Below, piece after piece: positions 1-10,241 of a DNA stretch of 64,000 nucleotides. The DNA is from Hyaloraphidium curvatum SAG 235-1 (lineage: Eukaryota; Fungi; Monoblepharomycota). The stretch is from assembly GCA_025558095.1 (NCBI GenBank), contig JAIVFI010000020.1, forward strand, positions 186,001 through 250,000. Reading direction: 5' to 3'. The notes beneath the pieces are model-generated. The model worked only from the letters and a program-made list of their open reading frames with translations, ran no database searches and was not told where the DNA came from. Both the position numbers and the translations under genes were made by a program. Within the stretch, counting starts at the first letter, position 1; every line of letters starts with the position of its first letter.

Positions 1-226
1 GGCCAACGGGCTCAAGGTCCCCGGGGACAAGGACGGCGACGGGATCCCCGATCGCAAGAAGTGACTTTGACATTCCTGCACTTTTGTGCACCTTTGGTGG
101 AGGGGGGATTCGCGGCCTCAGCCGCGGATGTGGAGAGGGAAGCACGGATATTCTCTCGCGGCGCGCGCGTATGCGCCGTTTCAGTGATATGGGTCTTGTA
201 CGGGTGAGGGCAGGGTGCCCCGCGGT

Positions 227-1903
227 TCAAAGCCGCCAAAAATACAAGAGAGTGACAAAGGCTACAGAAATCGAGCTCCAAGAAGGCGTCCGTGCGTGCG
301 CCGAGGCGAGCTTGCGCCGGCCGTCGGCCTCGCTCCACGATTCGATGGTGAAGAGCTGCCCGACCGCCTCGACCAGCTCCTCTTCGGTCCGATCGCCCCG
401 CTGCGCCGTCCCCACGAACGCTGCCTGCCGGCCCCAGATCCTCACCGCGTACCTCGAGCTGCTGGGCAGCCCGCTGGGCACCTTCCAGGCCGCCTCCAGC
501 CTGGTGTTTTCGACGCCGGCCTCGATCGTCGCCACAAGGGTGGATGCGAGATCGTAGCAATGCAGCTCGACGGTGTAAGACTCCAGCACGGCGTTTCTCA
601 CGGTCCATTCCACGCTCGCGGGGAGGGATTTGGTCCATTTGTCTTCGGAAGATGGACCGCGGATGAGGATGAGGGGGTTCCGGAAAGAGGCCGAGGGCCA
701 GGGGTTCGCGGTGCACGCCCAGAGGAGGCGGGAGGTGCCGTCGGCGGGCGATCCGTCACGGCGATGTAGAGGAAAGCCCCAGATGCGGAGAAAGTGGAAG
801 GTTCCGGCTTCGAGGTCCGGAGGAAGCGGGATCGAGGCGGAGGTGCGCGTCATTGGCTGATCCCGCGCAAGGGGAATGCCGAGGAAGCAAGGTGCGGAAG
901 CGTTGGAGCAATGGATATCCAGGTTCCACGAAGAGAGTGGGGTGCCTCGGTAGCTGAAGGAAACATGGAGTTCCGCACCCGGGATGAGCTCGTTGGACGG
1001 TGACGGGGACTGGAGGCGGAAGCTCGATGTCGACGGCGGCCGGGAAATGCAAAAAGGGTCGCTGGTGGCATTGACAAGCTGGTCCGGCACTCCAGTCCTC
1101 TCGAAGTCCTGCTCAGACATTCCGCTGACCCGATAGACGTAGTGACATCCTTCGGGCAGGGTGAACGGAATGCTCCAGTGCACCTCTGTCGTTCCCGGGC
1201 TTTGGTTTTCGGCAACCAAGATCCTCTGCAGATCAGTCTCGCTTTGGCTACCGGAAATCTGCCCGCGCGAAACCGGCCTGAGGTCCAGCAGTTCGACCGT
1301 CAAGGGCAGCAGGGCGCCCCAACCCGCCGCATCGAGTTCGACCCGGGCAACGGAGCCGGCGACGACCGGTCGCTCGGGAGCCGCCACCGAGAGGCCGCCA
1401 ATGGCAAAGTACTGCTCGCTGAGCGCGAACCGCGGTTTCGAGCCGTTCCCGGGGAAGGCAAGCAGCCGAAGGTAGTAGACCTTGGCGGGCTCCAAGTGGG
1501 GGACTGTCCACAGGAACGAGTCCGAATCCCCGGGCAGCCCGTTGGCGACACGAACCAGCGGGCGAGATTTGTTTGCCGCCGAAAAGAGGTCCAGCTGGAA
1601 CGACGCCGCGGAAAGAAAGGGCGGCGCCGCCCAACGGACCTCGGCGGCGGCACCGGCAAAGAGCACCGCGTCCGCCGGCGGCGCCAGCACAGAGAGCTCG
1701 TGCACCGGTGGCCGCATGCGAATCTGAGAGTCATGTTTCCTACCGGGCGCCGGCCGCAGAGGGTCCACCGCCTCGGCCGGGTACAGATGCGCTGCGACGG
1801 AGCGGGCGACGCGCACGGCTGTCCGCTCGGCCCCGCCGCCCGAGTAGAAGGCCCATGCCGCGACGCAGAGCAGGAGCACAAAGATTCTGAACGAATTCAG
1901 CAT
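227..1903 (-). CDS. Secreted, probably GPI-anchored protein with about four tandem Ig-like (Kre9/Knh1 N-terminal / Ser-Thr-rich GPI family-like) domains
   Basis: Signal peptide MLNSFRIFVLLLCVAAWA from ATG 1903. Repeated units of the form P...G....V.W ... L.L ... W.VP..L.....Y..R. Hydrophobic C-terminus ISVAFVTLLYFWRL. Confidence 0.7.
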   Translation of the reverse strand: MLNSFRIFVLLLCVAAWAFYSGGGAERTAVRVARSVAAHLYPAEAVDPLRPAPGRKHDSQIRMRPPVHELSVLAPPADAVLFAGAAAEVRWAAPPFLSAASFQLDLFSAANKSRPLVRVANGLPGDSDSFLWTVPHLEPAKVYYLRLLAFPGNGSKPRFALSEQYFAIGGLSVAAPERPVVAGSVARVELDAAGWGALLPLTVELLDLRPVSRGQISGSQSETDLQRILVAENQSPGTTEVHWSIPFTLPEGCHYVYRVSGMSEQDFERTGVPDQLVNATSDPFCISRPPSTSSFRLQSPSPSNELIPGAELHVSFSYRGTPLSSWNLDIHCSNASAPCFLGIPLARDQPMTRTSASIPLPPDLEAGTFHFLRIWGFPLHRRDGSPADGTSRLLWACTANPWPSASFRNPLILIRGPSSEDKWTKSLPASVEWTVRNAVLESYTVELHCYDLASTLVATIEAGVENTRLEAAWKVPSGLPSSSRYAVRIWGRQAAFVGTAQRGDRTEEELVEAVGQLFTIESWSEADGRRKLASAHARTPSWSSISVAFVTLLYFWRL

Positions 1904-2042
1904 GGTCGCTGGTCGGAGAAGGTGACAGAGGGGGAGGAGCTCATCCGGAATTCGAGGCCGTTGGCCGGTTCGTAGTCCATTCTTACACAAGCAAATCCCA
2001 CAGAAGTACGATATCCCACGCTCGCATACTACACGCGATCTA

Positions 2043-4211
2043 TCATTGAAGAGCGTTGAATGCAGCTTGAATAGATTTCTCTTTCGAAATTGGGTTAATC
2101 ATCGACAAGGAGACCTCATATACGTGCAGCAGGTCATGAAGCTTGGGAGTGGTTGCCTGGTCTCCAAGCTTTTCCGCCTTCAGAATAGCGTTAAGGTTGC
2201 TCGAAAACTGCGTCGCAAATAGTTCCTCTTTGTATATGGTCTGGCTGTTTGTCTCGTCTGGTTTCATGTATGAGTCTACCAGCTCGGCAGCAGCAACCGC
2301 CAGGATATCCCGTGCAGGCCCATTGTCCGAGATCCTGATGATCGCATTCGATAAGGTGACTGGAGGAGCATCTGAAGGTCGCTTCTTCAAAACGCGGCGA
2401 ATGAAGTCAACGAATATGAAGTAGAATAGGAAGCGAGACTGCCGCCGCCACGAGTATTGTGATCCTCTGCCAAACTTCGTCCGATCATCCTCCGAAATCC
2501 CTTGCACCTTGTAAGCAGCGTAAAGATCGTTAGCATCGATGGGGTTTGGTCCTTCAGTGACACGCTGGAAGACTGGTCCGCCTGGTGCAAAGGTCCTTGT
2601 TTGCCCTCTGAAAGCCAGACCAGGCTGGGAAAGCCATCCAGCCGTATAAACCTTAATGAGGTCGTAGAGATTGCAAAACTGCTTGAACTGTTGTGAATCA
2701 GGCTTCTGGGCCTGCAAAGCGCGTTGGGAGTCCCATCCGCCACGTTGAACTTCCAAGAACACGCCATGTGCAGCCATAGCCTCCGCCCAGACGTCCCGTC
2801 GTTCCACAAGGGCAAGAAAGTCTTTCTCCCGGACCGCATTCTGGGAATTGGTATACCGAGTAATGTTCATAACCTCCTCCCCATTCAACGGGTCGACCTT
2901 GGCAATCTTGACGATGATGTTTCCTTTGTCCAACCTGGTCTTCCACTCAGCTATAGAAGGAGGATCCTCACCGGCTCCGCTCTTCAAGCGAGGAACGCAG
3001 ACGTCATAAATGGTACGTGTGGTCTGACATCCATTGACCACGTATGGGTCAGACAGAATCACCTTGTCATCGTTGACCGCGTAGTCAACAACGACAATGG
3101 TCACGCCATTGTTGTATAGACCGAAGTTCTCCGGAGCCTCCGCCAACGTTTTCCGCATTCCACTGTTGACCCGCCCCTTGAAAGCCAGGAAACGTCGAAC
3201 GTTCTTGTCGTACAGTTGGTCAAGGTCTCCAGTCATGTCCTTGAAAGCACACAGGAAGTCAAACACGTTGCGCAGTGGAACAACGCCGACGATCTGGTTG
3301 GAAGCTACACCTTCGGAAGCGACAAGATTGCTCCGCCCGACCTTCAGGTCTACTTTGCGCGTGGGAAGAATGAGCTTCCGGGCATGGTCCGCCAGCAGAT
3401 CGTCCCAAATAGTCTTCAGAGACACTTCGATCACCTCAACAATGTTCTTCCTCAATCTCTCCTGGAAAAGCCGTTCCACGTCCGAAAGCCACAGCTTCTC
3501 ATTTGCTCCCATTGGGTCGAGCACCCCGAAGACGACCACGATCTTGTCCAGATCAGTTGCACCCCGAATGAAGTTGCCAATTCGTTCGCGAAAGGATTGA
3601 GCCATATGAGAGAGGTTGCCAGCAAAATGGTGGTCGGGGTCGATGGTGTCAAGCATTTTGCCGGCTTCGGCCAAAATGGAAGGGCGACCCTGGAATGCCG
3701 TGTTGTACTTCCCCTGAATGAGATACCAGGTGTTTCCAACGCGGCGATTTCTTCCAGCGTCGTCCTCTGCAGCACCGGCCACCGGGTCCCTTTCCTGATC
3801 GGCTCCCATCTCAAGCTGCGCAACGTCTATGCCCCCGTCACCAGCTCCTTGGAGATAGATGGTGTCCTCCGAGTCATCGTTGATCTCGAGCCATTGCTTT
3901 GCCAGCTTTATGGCGAACCTGTTGCCCTTGGTGGTTGTTGACGGGTTGTCTCTCTCGACATCTTCAATCCACTTCTGCTTGAACTTTTCGAACGTGAGGT
4001 CGGCCGGATTTCCGGCCTGAGGAATCGGCAAATCGATAGGAGGCGGGGGGTCGATCTGGTCTGCCGCGTTGGCGGGGACCGCGGCCATCTTCGCCGGGCA
4101 GTTCTTGCTCCTATTCGTGTGCCCAAGTGCTTGGTCCAACCAGCCTCTACTCTTGCAGGCCGTACAAGACGGTTGGCTCCGCTGCTTCTTCGATGGCGGT
4201 GGATCCCCCAT
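2043..4211 (-). CDS. AIPR-family (abortive infection phage resistance) protein with N-terminal PD-(D/E)xK-like nuclease module and added NLS-like motif plus CCHC zinc knuckle
   Basis: AIPR motifs LYDKNVRRFL, PENFGLYNNGVTIV, PYVVNGCQTTRTI and ITRYTNSQNAVREKDF. Nuclease-like GAGDGGID...WYLIQGKY. First ATG at 4211 gives MGDPPPSKKQR-SQPS-CTAC-x11-H-x6-CP. Single intronless ORF. Confidence 0.88.
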   Translation of the reverse strand: MGDPPPSKKQRSQPSCTACKSRGWLDQALGHTNRSKNCPAKMAAVPANAADQIDPPPPIDLPIPQAGNPADLTFEKFKQKWIEDVERDNPSTTTKGNRFAIKLAKQWLEINDDSEDTIYLQGAGDGGIDVAQLEMGADQERDPVAGAAEDDAGRNRRVGNTWYLIQGKYNTAFQGRPSILAEAGKMLDTIDPDHHFAGNLSHMAQSFRERIGNFIRGATDLDKIVVVFGVLDPMGANEKLWLSDVERLFQERLRKNIVEVIEVSLKTIWDDLLADHARKLILPTRKVDLKVGRSNLVASEGVASNQIVGVVPLRNVFDFLCAFKDMTGDLDQLYDKNVRRFLAFKGRVNSGMRKTLAEAPENFGLYNNGVTIVVVDYAVNDDKVILSDPYVVNGCQTTRTIYDVCVPRLKSGAGEDPPSIAEWKTRLDKGNIIVKIAKVDPLNGEEVMNITRYTNSQNAVREKDFLALVERRDVWAEAMAAHGVFLEVQRGGWDSQRALQAQKPDSQQFKQFCNLYDLIKVYTAGWLSQPGLAFRGQTRTFAPGGPVFQRVTEGPNPIDANDLYAAYKVQGISEDDRTKFGRGSQYSWRRQSRFLFYFIFVDFIRRVLKKRPSDAPPVTLSNAIIRISDNGPARDILAVAAAELVDSYMKPDETNSQTIYKEELFATQFSSNLNAILKAEKLGDQATTPKLHDLLHVYEVSLSMINPISKEKSIQAAFNALQ

Positions 4212-4367
4212 GTTGCGAACTGCAGAGCGCGGGAGAGAAGCGCCGTTAGAGAGACCTACGGTCCACGGCGCCGGCGATCCGCAAGGAGAAGAGCTCACCT
4301 GAAGAAACTTGGTCGGCCGTCAAGGAGCCTGATTGCGTTCGTGCGGTCCTGTTTCGCGTGGTGTGCG

Positions 4368-4405
4368 CCACTTTCAGGGACTGAGGGATACCCACTTTCA
4401 GGGAC
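4368..4405. repeat. 14-bp direct repeat CCACTTTCAGGGAC (two copies, 24-bp period) upstream of AIPR
   Basis: Exact copies at 4368-4381 and 4392-4405 in the short intergenic gap 5' of the AIPR ATG. Confidence 0.75.
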
Positions 4406-4536
4406 CGACGTCGGGACACGCAGGTGAACAAGTCTATCCTATGGCGCACACCTTCATCTTCTCGTTCCTAGCTGCCCGACACAGAGGGCAGCACACGCCC
4501 TCGCAACGTCCTTTCGCAATAACGTCGTACAATTCA

Positions 4537-6167
4537 TCACAACATACTCAAGCCTGTGAAGCCCGAAACCAGTCCGATCGCCACCGATCCCATCCAAACC
4601 GCCAAGCTCCCCGCTCCCGAAGGCCTCGACGTGGTCGGCGAAGCCGTCGCCGTCGTCGGCGACGGGGTCCCCGTCGTCGCGGCCCCGGTGGTCGACGCCC
4701 CGCCCGTCGCGGTGGGCACCACGGGCGGCTGCGTCGCCAGCATCTCCTTGGCAGCCCTCACGCCCGATCCCAGCGCGCCGTGCACGAGCGCGGGGAAGGT
4801 GCGGTTGGTGTGCTCCCCGGCAAAGAACAGCCATCCGTCGACGGGCTGGCCGAGGGTGCCGTACATGGTCGGATTGGAGCCCACGCCGAGGTGCGAGTAG
4901 GAACCGCGGCTCCAAGGGTCGTTGCGCCAGCGCGTGACACGCACACGGATTTGGTCTGCGGCGGGTAGCGTGTCGTCGGGGAAGGCGGAGCGAAGAGCCG
5001 AGAGGGCGTCGGCTGCGACTTCGGCGTCGGTCCTGTTTTCAGCTTGTTCCGCGAAGCTGCCCGAGATGAGGCAGACGAGCGAGTTGGCCGTGGGGACCAC
5101 GCGGCGGTAGTTGAGCCACTCGTAGAACTTTCGCGTCTCGCCGGCGACGTCGGTAGTGTAGAGCCTGAAGACGTCGCGGTCCCGGATGGCTGCGGGGACG
5201 GCACTGCCGGCAGGGAAGTCGAGCACGACCTTGTCCAGCACGCCGTAGCCCATCTTGGTGATTGCGTTGGTCTTCGCCGAGGACAAGGGCGGGTTAAAGG
5301 TGATGTTGCCTGCCTTGAGCATGCCGAGCGGGATCGTGACGAGGATCTGGTGGCACTCGACCTGTTCGCCCGCGGCGGTGGTGATTGTCGGCACGCCGTT
5401 CGCGAGCGTGACGGCCGAGATCGGGGTCGAGAGCGAGATGTTGAGGCGCGAGACCATGCCGTTAAAGAGGTTCACGTAGCCGTTGCGGAAGATGAGCGCC
5501 TCCCCGCGCTCCTCGGCTTCGATGCCAAAGTACTTGGCAGACAGCCAATCCAGGTCCACGGCGTACTCGTTGCCGACGGCGGCAGTGGCCTGCCAGAAGA
5601 CGTCGTTGCGGCGCGTCGCCGTCGCGCCGGTAAGGATCGAATCCAGCTGTGCCTGCAGGGAAATGTCCGTGGCCTCGGTGAGCGCCGGCTGCCGCTCGTA
5701 AACCTGGGCAATGGCCGCATTGTACTGCTGAGTGATCCGCGTAACGGTCGCCTCGGGAACGGGGGCGCCCGTGGCCATGTCCATGGTCTGGGTGCCCTCG
5801 AAGTCGGTCGCCACGGTCTGCACGGAGCTGTTTTCGCGCAGCAGGCTCAGCAGCGGGTTCCTCGGGTACGCACCCTGCGAAATGGACGTCAGATTGATCA
5901 CCGTCGCGAAAGAGTGCCCACGCGAACCTGGATCCAGCCGGCACCGAGGTCGATGTAGTACCCGAGCGACGTATCGCTCCACACGCGGCCGCCGACGCGG
6001 TCGCGCGCCTCGAACACGCGGACGGGACGGTCGCCGCCGTTGGAGACGAGGTAGTCGCCGGCAGAGAGACCCGCGACGCCCGCGCCCACGATGCAGCGCG
6101 GCAGTGCTTGAGCATAGGCGGAAGGCAGCGCGAGAAGGAGCGCCAGGAGCGGCGAGAGGCGCGCCAT
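4537..6167 (-). CDS. Secreted/GPI-anchored flavin-containing amine oxidase (polyamine oxidase/LSD1-AOD-like), two exons
   Basis: Signal peptide MARLSPLLALLLALPSAYA. FAD motifs IVGAGVAGLSA, FEARDRVGGRV and DLGAGWIQ|GAYPRNPL (intron 5875-5927, GT..AG). Also TRWRNDPWSRGSYS, FFAGEHT and VHGALGSGVRAA. Thr-rich stalk and hydrophobic tail. Confidence 0.88.
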
Positions 6168-6667
6168 CGCGAGATGCAGGCTTGTGCGGTCACTCAGTGT
6201 GCACTTGAAGGAAGCTTCTGCCCTTTCCGCACGAGATTGGCGGCGCGTGGTGGCCGAAGATGAAGGTTGGCACCGCCCGGCCGATTTGCTGTGCCGAGCG
6301 GGACCTCGATGGGTCCGACGCAACGGCGCACTCGGGTCGCTCACAGCAAGCGGAGCAGCTAAAAGAAGGCAGAAAATGGAAGTCGGATGTTGGATGGTTG
6401 AATGCGGGCAGGAACCGGGGGATCCGCTGCTTGACTACACTAATTGGGGCCGGTTACGCAACAATCGAGCCGCAACAATTCTTGAACGGAAGGGCACTAC
6501 TTGTAGCTCAATGCTCTTGCTCGGGCTCTAAAGTACCTGTGAATCGCGACAGAGTGCGCCTGTCATAACTGCGAAAGCCTTTCTTGCCTTGCATGCAGTG
6601 AAGTCTGTACGTTACACACAGTTTTCAGTCTTCGACCGGAGCTGTTCGAGCTCTTCCTGGTCCGGCT

Positions 6668-8413
6668 CTAGGCCGGCGGCCGCGCGTAGCCCGCAACTGC
6701 GATGACCTTCTCCAGCTCCGCGACCACGACCTCGAAGCCCGGCCTGGGCTGTTCCGCCGGCGCCTTGCTGCCGTCGTACTGCCAGCACCGCCCGATCAGG
6801 TCCCACAAGCCGTTCGGCGTGTCCGGCTGTTGCGCCGGGCGGCCTCCAGCGACGAGACGGGCATGGATCTAGCGCACTGTGCGTCAGATTCGCGCGCGAA
6901 AAGAGGCCGGGCGACCCACCTCCGGCTCCGAGATCCGAGTGTTGGGCTGCTGACCGGGGAAGTACGGTTCGTAGCCCTTGGCTGTGGCCTGCCAAAGCAT
7001 CATGCCGAAAGACCACACGTCCGCGGGTCTGTGCTTCCTGTAGATCAAGAGGTTGAGGGACTCGGGCGGGTTGAAGTACATGGTGCCCGCGCCGTAGTCG
7101 GTGGAGGAAGACGCTCCGTGCGACGGGCCCTGTGACAGATCGCGGTACCGGGCGGTGCCAAAGTCGGCGATCTTGGCGCGGTTGCCGACGATGAGCACGT
7201 TGAGCGGCTTCAGGTCGCCGTGGATGACGCGGCAGGAATGAAGGTGGCGCATCCCGTGGGCCACGTCGAGGAGGTAGTAGAGGGCGTACGAGTAGTAGAG
7301 GTTGATGTCGGTCAGCAGGCGCCTCGACCGGAAGCGGCCCTTGGGATCGTGGTACAAGTCGATCGCCATGTCCCTGTCGGCCAGCTCGGATGCAATCTTG
7401 AGTTCAAGGCCGGTCTCGTTGAATCCATAAAGAGATAGAATGCACTTGTGCTGCACGGCAGCCCAGACCCGGGCCTCTCTGACAAAGGCCGCCACGTTGG
7501 CTGGCGTTGGGTTCTTTCGCACCTTGACGGCCGCGGGCACGATTTTCCCGTCCTCAAGTCTAAAGGTCCCGCGCCAGACGTCCCCAAAAGTGCCACCGCC
7601 CAGGAGGGTGGACCTGTCGTTGGGATCGTAGGCGATCCTGGAGGATTCCACTCGCAGTGGTTCCGGGGCTGCGTCAAAGACGGCCCGACGGATCTCGACG
7701 CGGAGCTGCTGGTCCGGGATAAGGTCCACGGGCGCTGCACCGGTGGCGTCTGCCAGCTTGAAGTCGATGCCCTCCGCATCGACCAAAAGGCGGAGCACGG
7801 CGCCAGCACCGGCCCGGCAGGCGAGGTTGAACGCCGTGCAGCCGTTGTCGTCCTGGGCGTTCGGCACGCAAAGGTCCGGCCTCGACAGCAGAAGCTCGAC
7901 GAGAGCCACGTCGTTGTTTGCGCAAGCAATCATCAGCCCCGTCCGCCCGCCTGCATCGCGGTGCGCGAATGTCTTGGGATCCAATCGCGCCGCGCCGTCG
8001 TACAGCGCTTGCACGACGTCGGTGCCCGCGGCGTCCCCGCGCGCGCAGGCGGCGGTGAATGCGTTGTGTCCGTCCGCGGCGGGGCGACCGGGATCGCGCA
8101 GCTCGCGGCGGCTGCGCAGGATCCTCCCGACGGCGCCGGCCTGGCCCGCGCGGCACGCGACGAGCAGCGGCGTCTCGCCGGCCGCGTTCGGCGCGTTGAT
8201 CGGCGCGCCGCCGCGGAGCAGCCCTTCGAGCAGGTACTCGTGGCCCAGCGCCGCCGCAGCGGCCGCCGCCGTGTTGCCGTCTACGTCCGTAAACGCGCGC
8301 AGCCGCTCCGCGAACCCGCGCAGCAACCTGTCCGTCGCGTCCTGCCACTCGGCAGACCCGTCCATGCGGCAGGCGCGCTCAAAGAGCGCATCGAACGCGT
8401 CCGATGCCGCCAT
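6668..8413 (-). CDS. Ankyrin-repeat + TKL-type protein kinase
   Basis: Ankyrin repeats (GNTAA, GETPLLVACRAG, GRTGLMIAC, GCTAFNLACRAG). Kinase motifs LGGGTFGDVW, AAVK, IHGDLKPLN, IADFG, PPE and DVWSFG. After a short intron near 6870-6920 the last exon reads PDTPNGLWDLIGRCW...RPGFEVVVAELE, stop at 6668. Confidence 0.85.
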
Positions 8414-8831
8414 TCCGTGGGGTCTGACTCCGTTTGATGTGATGATGATGATCAGGGACCCGACGCCGGCCGGCCCGACAGTCAAGCAGCGTGACGACCG
8501 GGACGAGACCAACCCACGAGCCGTTCGCTGACGATGCACCCATTTGACCATCAGCTCTAGGAAGTCGATAAATCCGACTTGCATGTACAGCTGCTTTGCT
8601 GAAAGGTCGTTCTTCCGGCCAACCGCCCGGCGGCGGTCGATCCCGTCGCCCCAGTCCTCACGTTTAGAATCGACATTCGGGACACAATTTGCCAGACTGA
8701 TGGCGGCGGCGGTGGATCTGCTCGTACCGCAGTAAGTTCTATTCGTCCCTTGCATCCCATGACATGTGCAAGGGAGGATGCGATTGCTTCTGCCGTAAGA
8801 GGCCCATCGAATGAATAGCTGTGCCAGAATG

Positions 8832-10068
8832 TCAGATCGCGTCCTCGATCTCGTGCTCTTCGTCACCGCCGCGCAAACACTTCACCCAGTCGTCGCGCCA
8901 TTCGTCGTGATCGAACACGGTGACGCTGTCCCAAACCTTGGCCCACTCATTGCACTCCCTGATGAATGCCCCCTTGGCATAGCTCCAATCACTCTCCTCG
9001 TCCATCCATTCCAACACGTGCGAGGAGCTCAAAGCGCCGCCCGGATAAATCAAAACATCCCAGAAAGGTTCGATGTAGATGTCGGTCTCTCCGACCGCCG
9101 CCTCAATGGCATCGAACGCATCCAGCGGCAGCTCTCCGAGAAAGCACTCCAGAAGGTCGACCCTCTTCAGTCCTTTCCACTCGCAGCCGGCCATGATCGA
9201 TGTCTGTACCGAATGAAGAAACAGGGTCTCAAGAGCAGGAAAGGCGGCCCGAATGCGGCGCACATCGTTGGGTTTGGGGGCCTCGGCGGCGGATTCGAAG
9301 CACGTAACCTCGAGCATACGAACGTTTTCGAAAACGTACGCAGTCCAGCCATCGAGCTCGCCGGTGTTGATGGTAAGGCGATGGAGGTTGGCCGCAACGG
9401 CAGAAAAAGCCTGGATCTCGCGGGGCCACTTCAGGTTGCTTCGGGCCCAGTGGCTGAATTCGACCGTAGACTGTAATTCGAGATCCTTGAAAGTGCCGCC
9501 GAGCTTATCGAGGTGCTGTACCAGAGTCCTCTCTGTCTGCATTGTGTTGATCCTTATCCCGTAGAAAACGTACGAGACGGAAACGCGCTCTAACGCATTT
9601 GCCGTGTCGATACCGCGGAGAAAGTCCGAGAAGCCGGCGAAGCTGACAATCTCAATTTTGAGGCTCACGAGGACGGGCCGACGCCGCGCAGGAGAGCTTC
9701 GAGGAAAGGGTCCGCCGAGCCGATTTCGATGCTGAGTTCCAAAACGTGCTGCAGCTTGTTCAGCTTCAGCTCGTCCGACAGAAGCCCTCGTCACGTGGCC
9801 GAAGGCTTCCCGGGGTGCGGCACGATGTGGAGCTTCCGAACCACAACAGGCGGCGGCACGTCGAAAGCAGCTTGAGAAGCGACTTCTTCTTGCCTCCTTC
9901 ATCATTGTCGCAGAGCACTCGTTCCATGATGAGCAGGAGCACTTCGGGCGGCAGACTCGCGAGCGAGAGGTCCTCGGGGTTTTCGTCGGGGGCGAGCCGT
10001 CCGCGCAGCTGCAGGTCCGAATCGGCCGCGGGGTCCACCGAGGCCGTTCGTCCGCTTCGCTGGGTCAT
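8832..10068 (-). CDS. F-box-like protein with LRR-like C-terminal region (frame change near 9770-9840: intron or frameshift)
   Basis: LASLPPEVLLLIMERVL...LLKLLSTCRRL is an F-box-like N-terminus. The downstream frame has LRR-like LERVSV, LHRLTI, FPALETLFL and LKRVDL. Confidence 0.6.
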
Positions 10069-10241
10069 TTCGATAACGGCGTCGGGCGGCTAACCGGGGC
10101 GAAAGTCGGGGGCGAGCCTCTCGGGAATTTCAAGTCGAGGTGATGGGGGCCAACCTACCGACGAACCTTTCACCAAACATCTGCAGCAAAGTGGCCAGAC
10201 TGATTGCCGCAGAAGTCCAATCTATTCAAAAGCAGCAGATA

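Noticed and set aside
4095-4166. AIPR N-terminal Cys/His motif as a DM (doublesex) domain
   Set aside because: Only four ligands (CCHC) are present; the second intertwined Zn site of DM domains is missing.
2043-10068. A complete restriction-modification operon accompanying AIPR
   Set aside because: No DNA methyltransferase, helicase or specificity-subunit motifs are seen in neighbouring genes.
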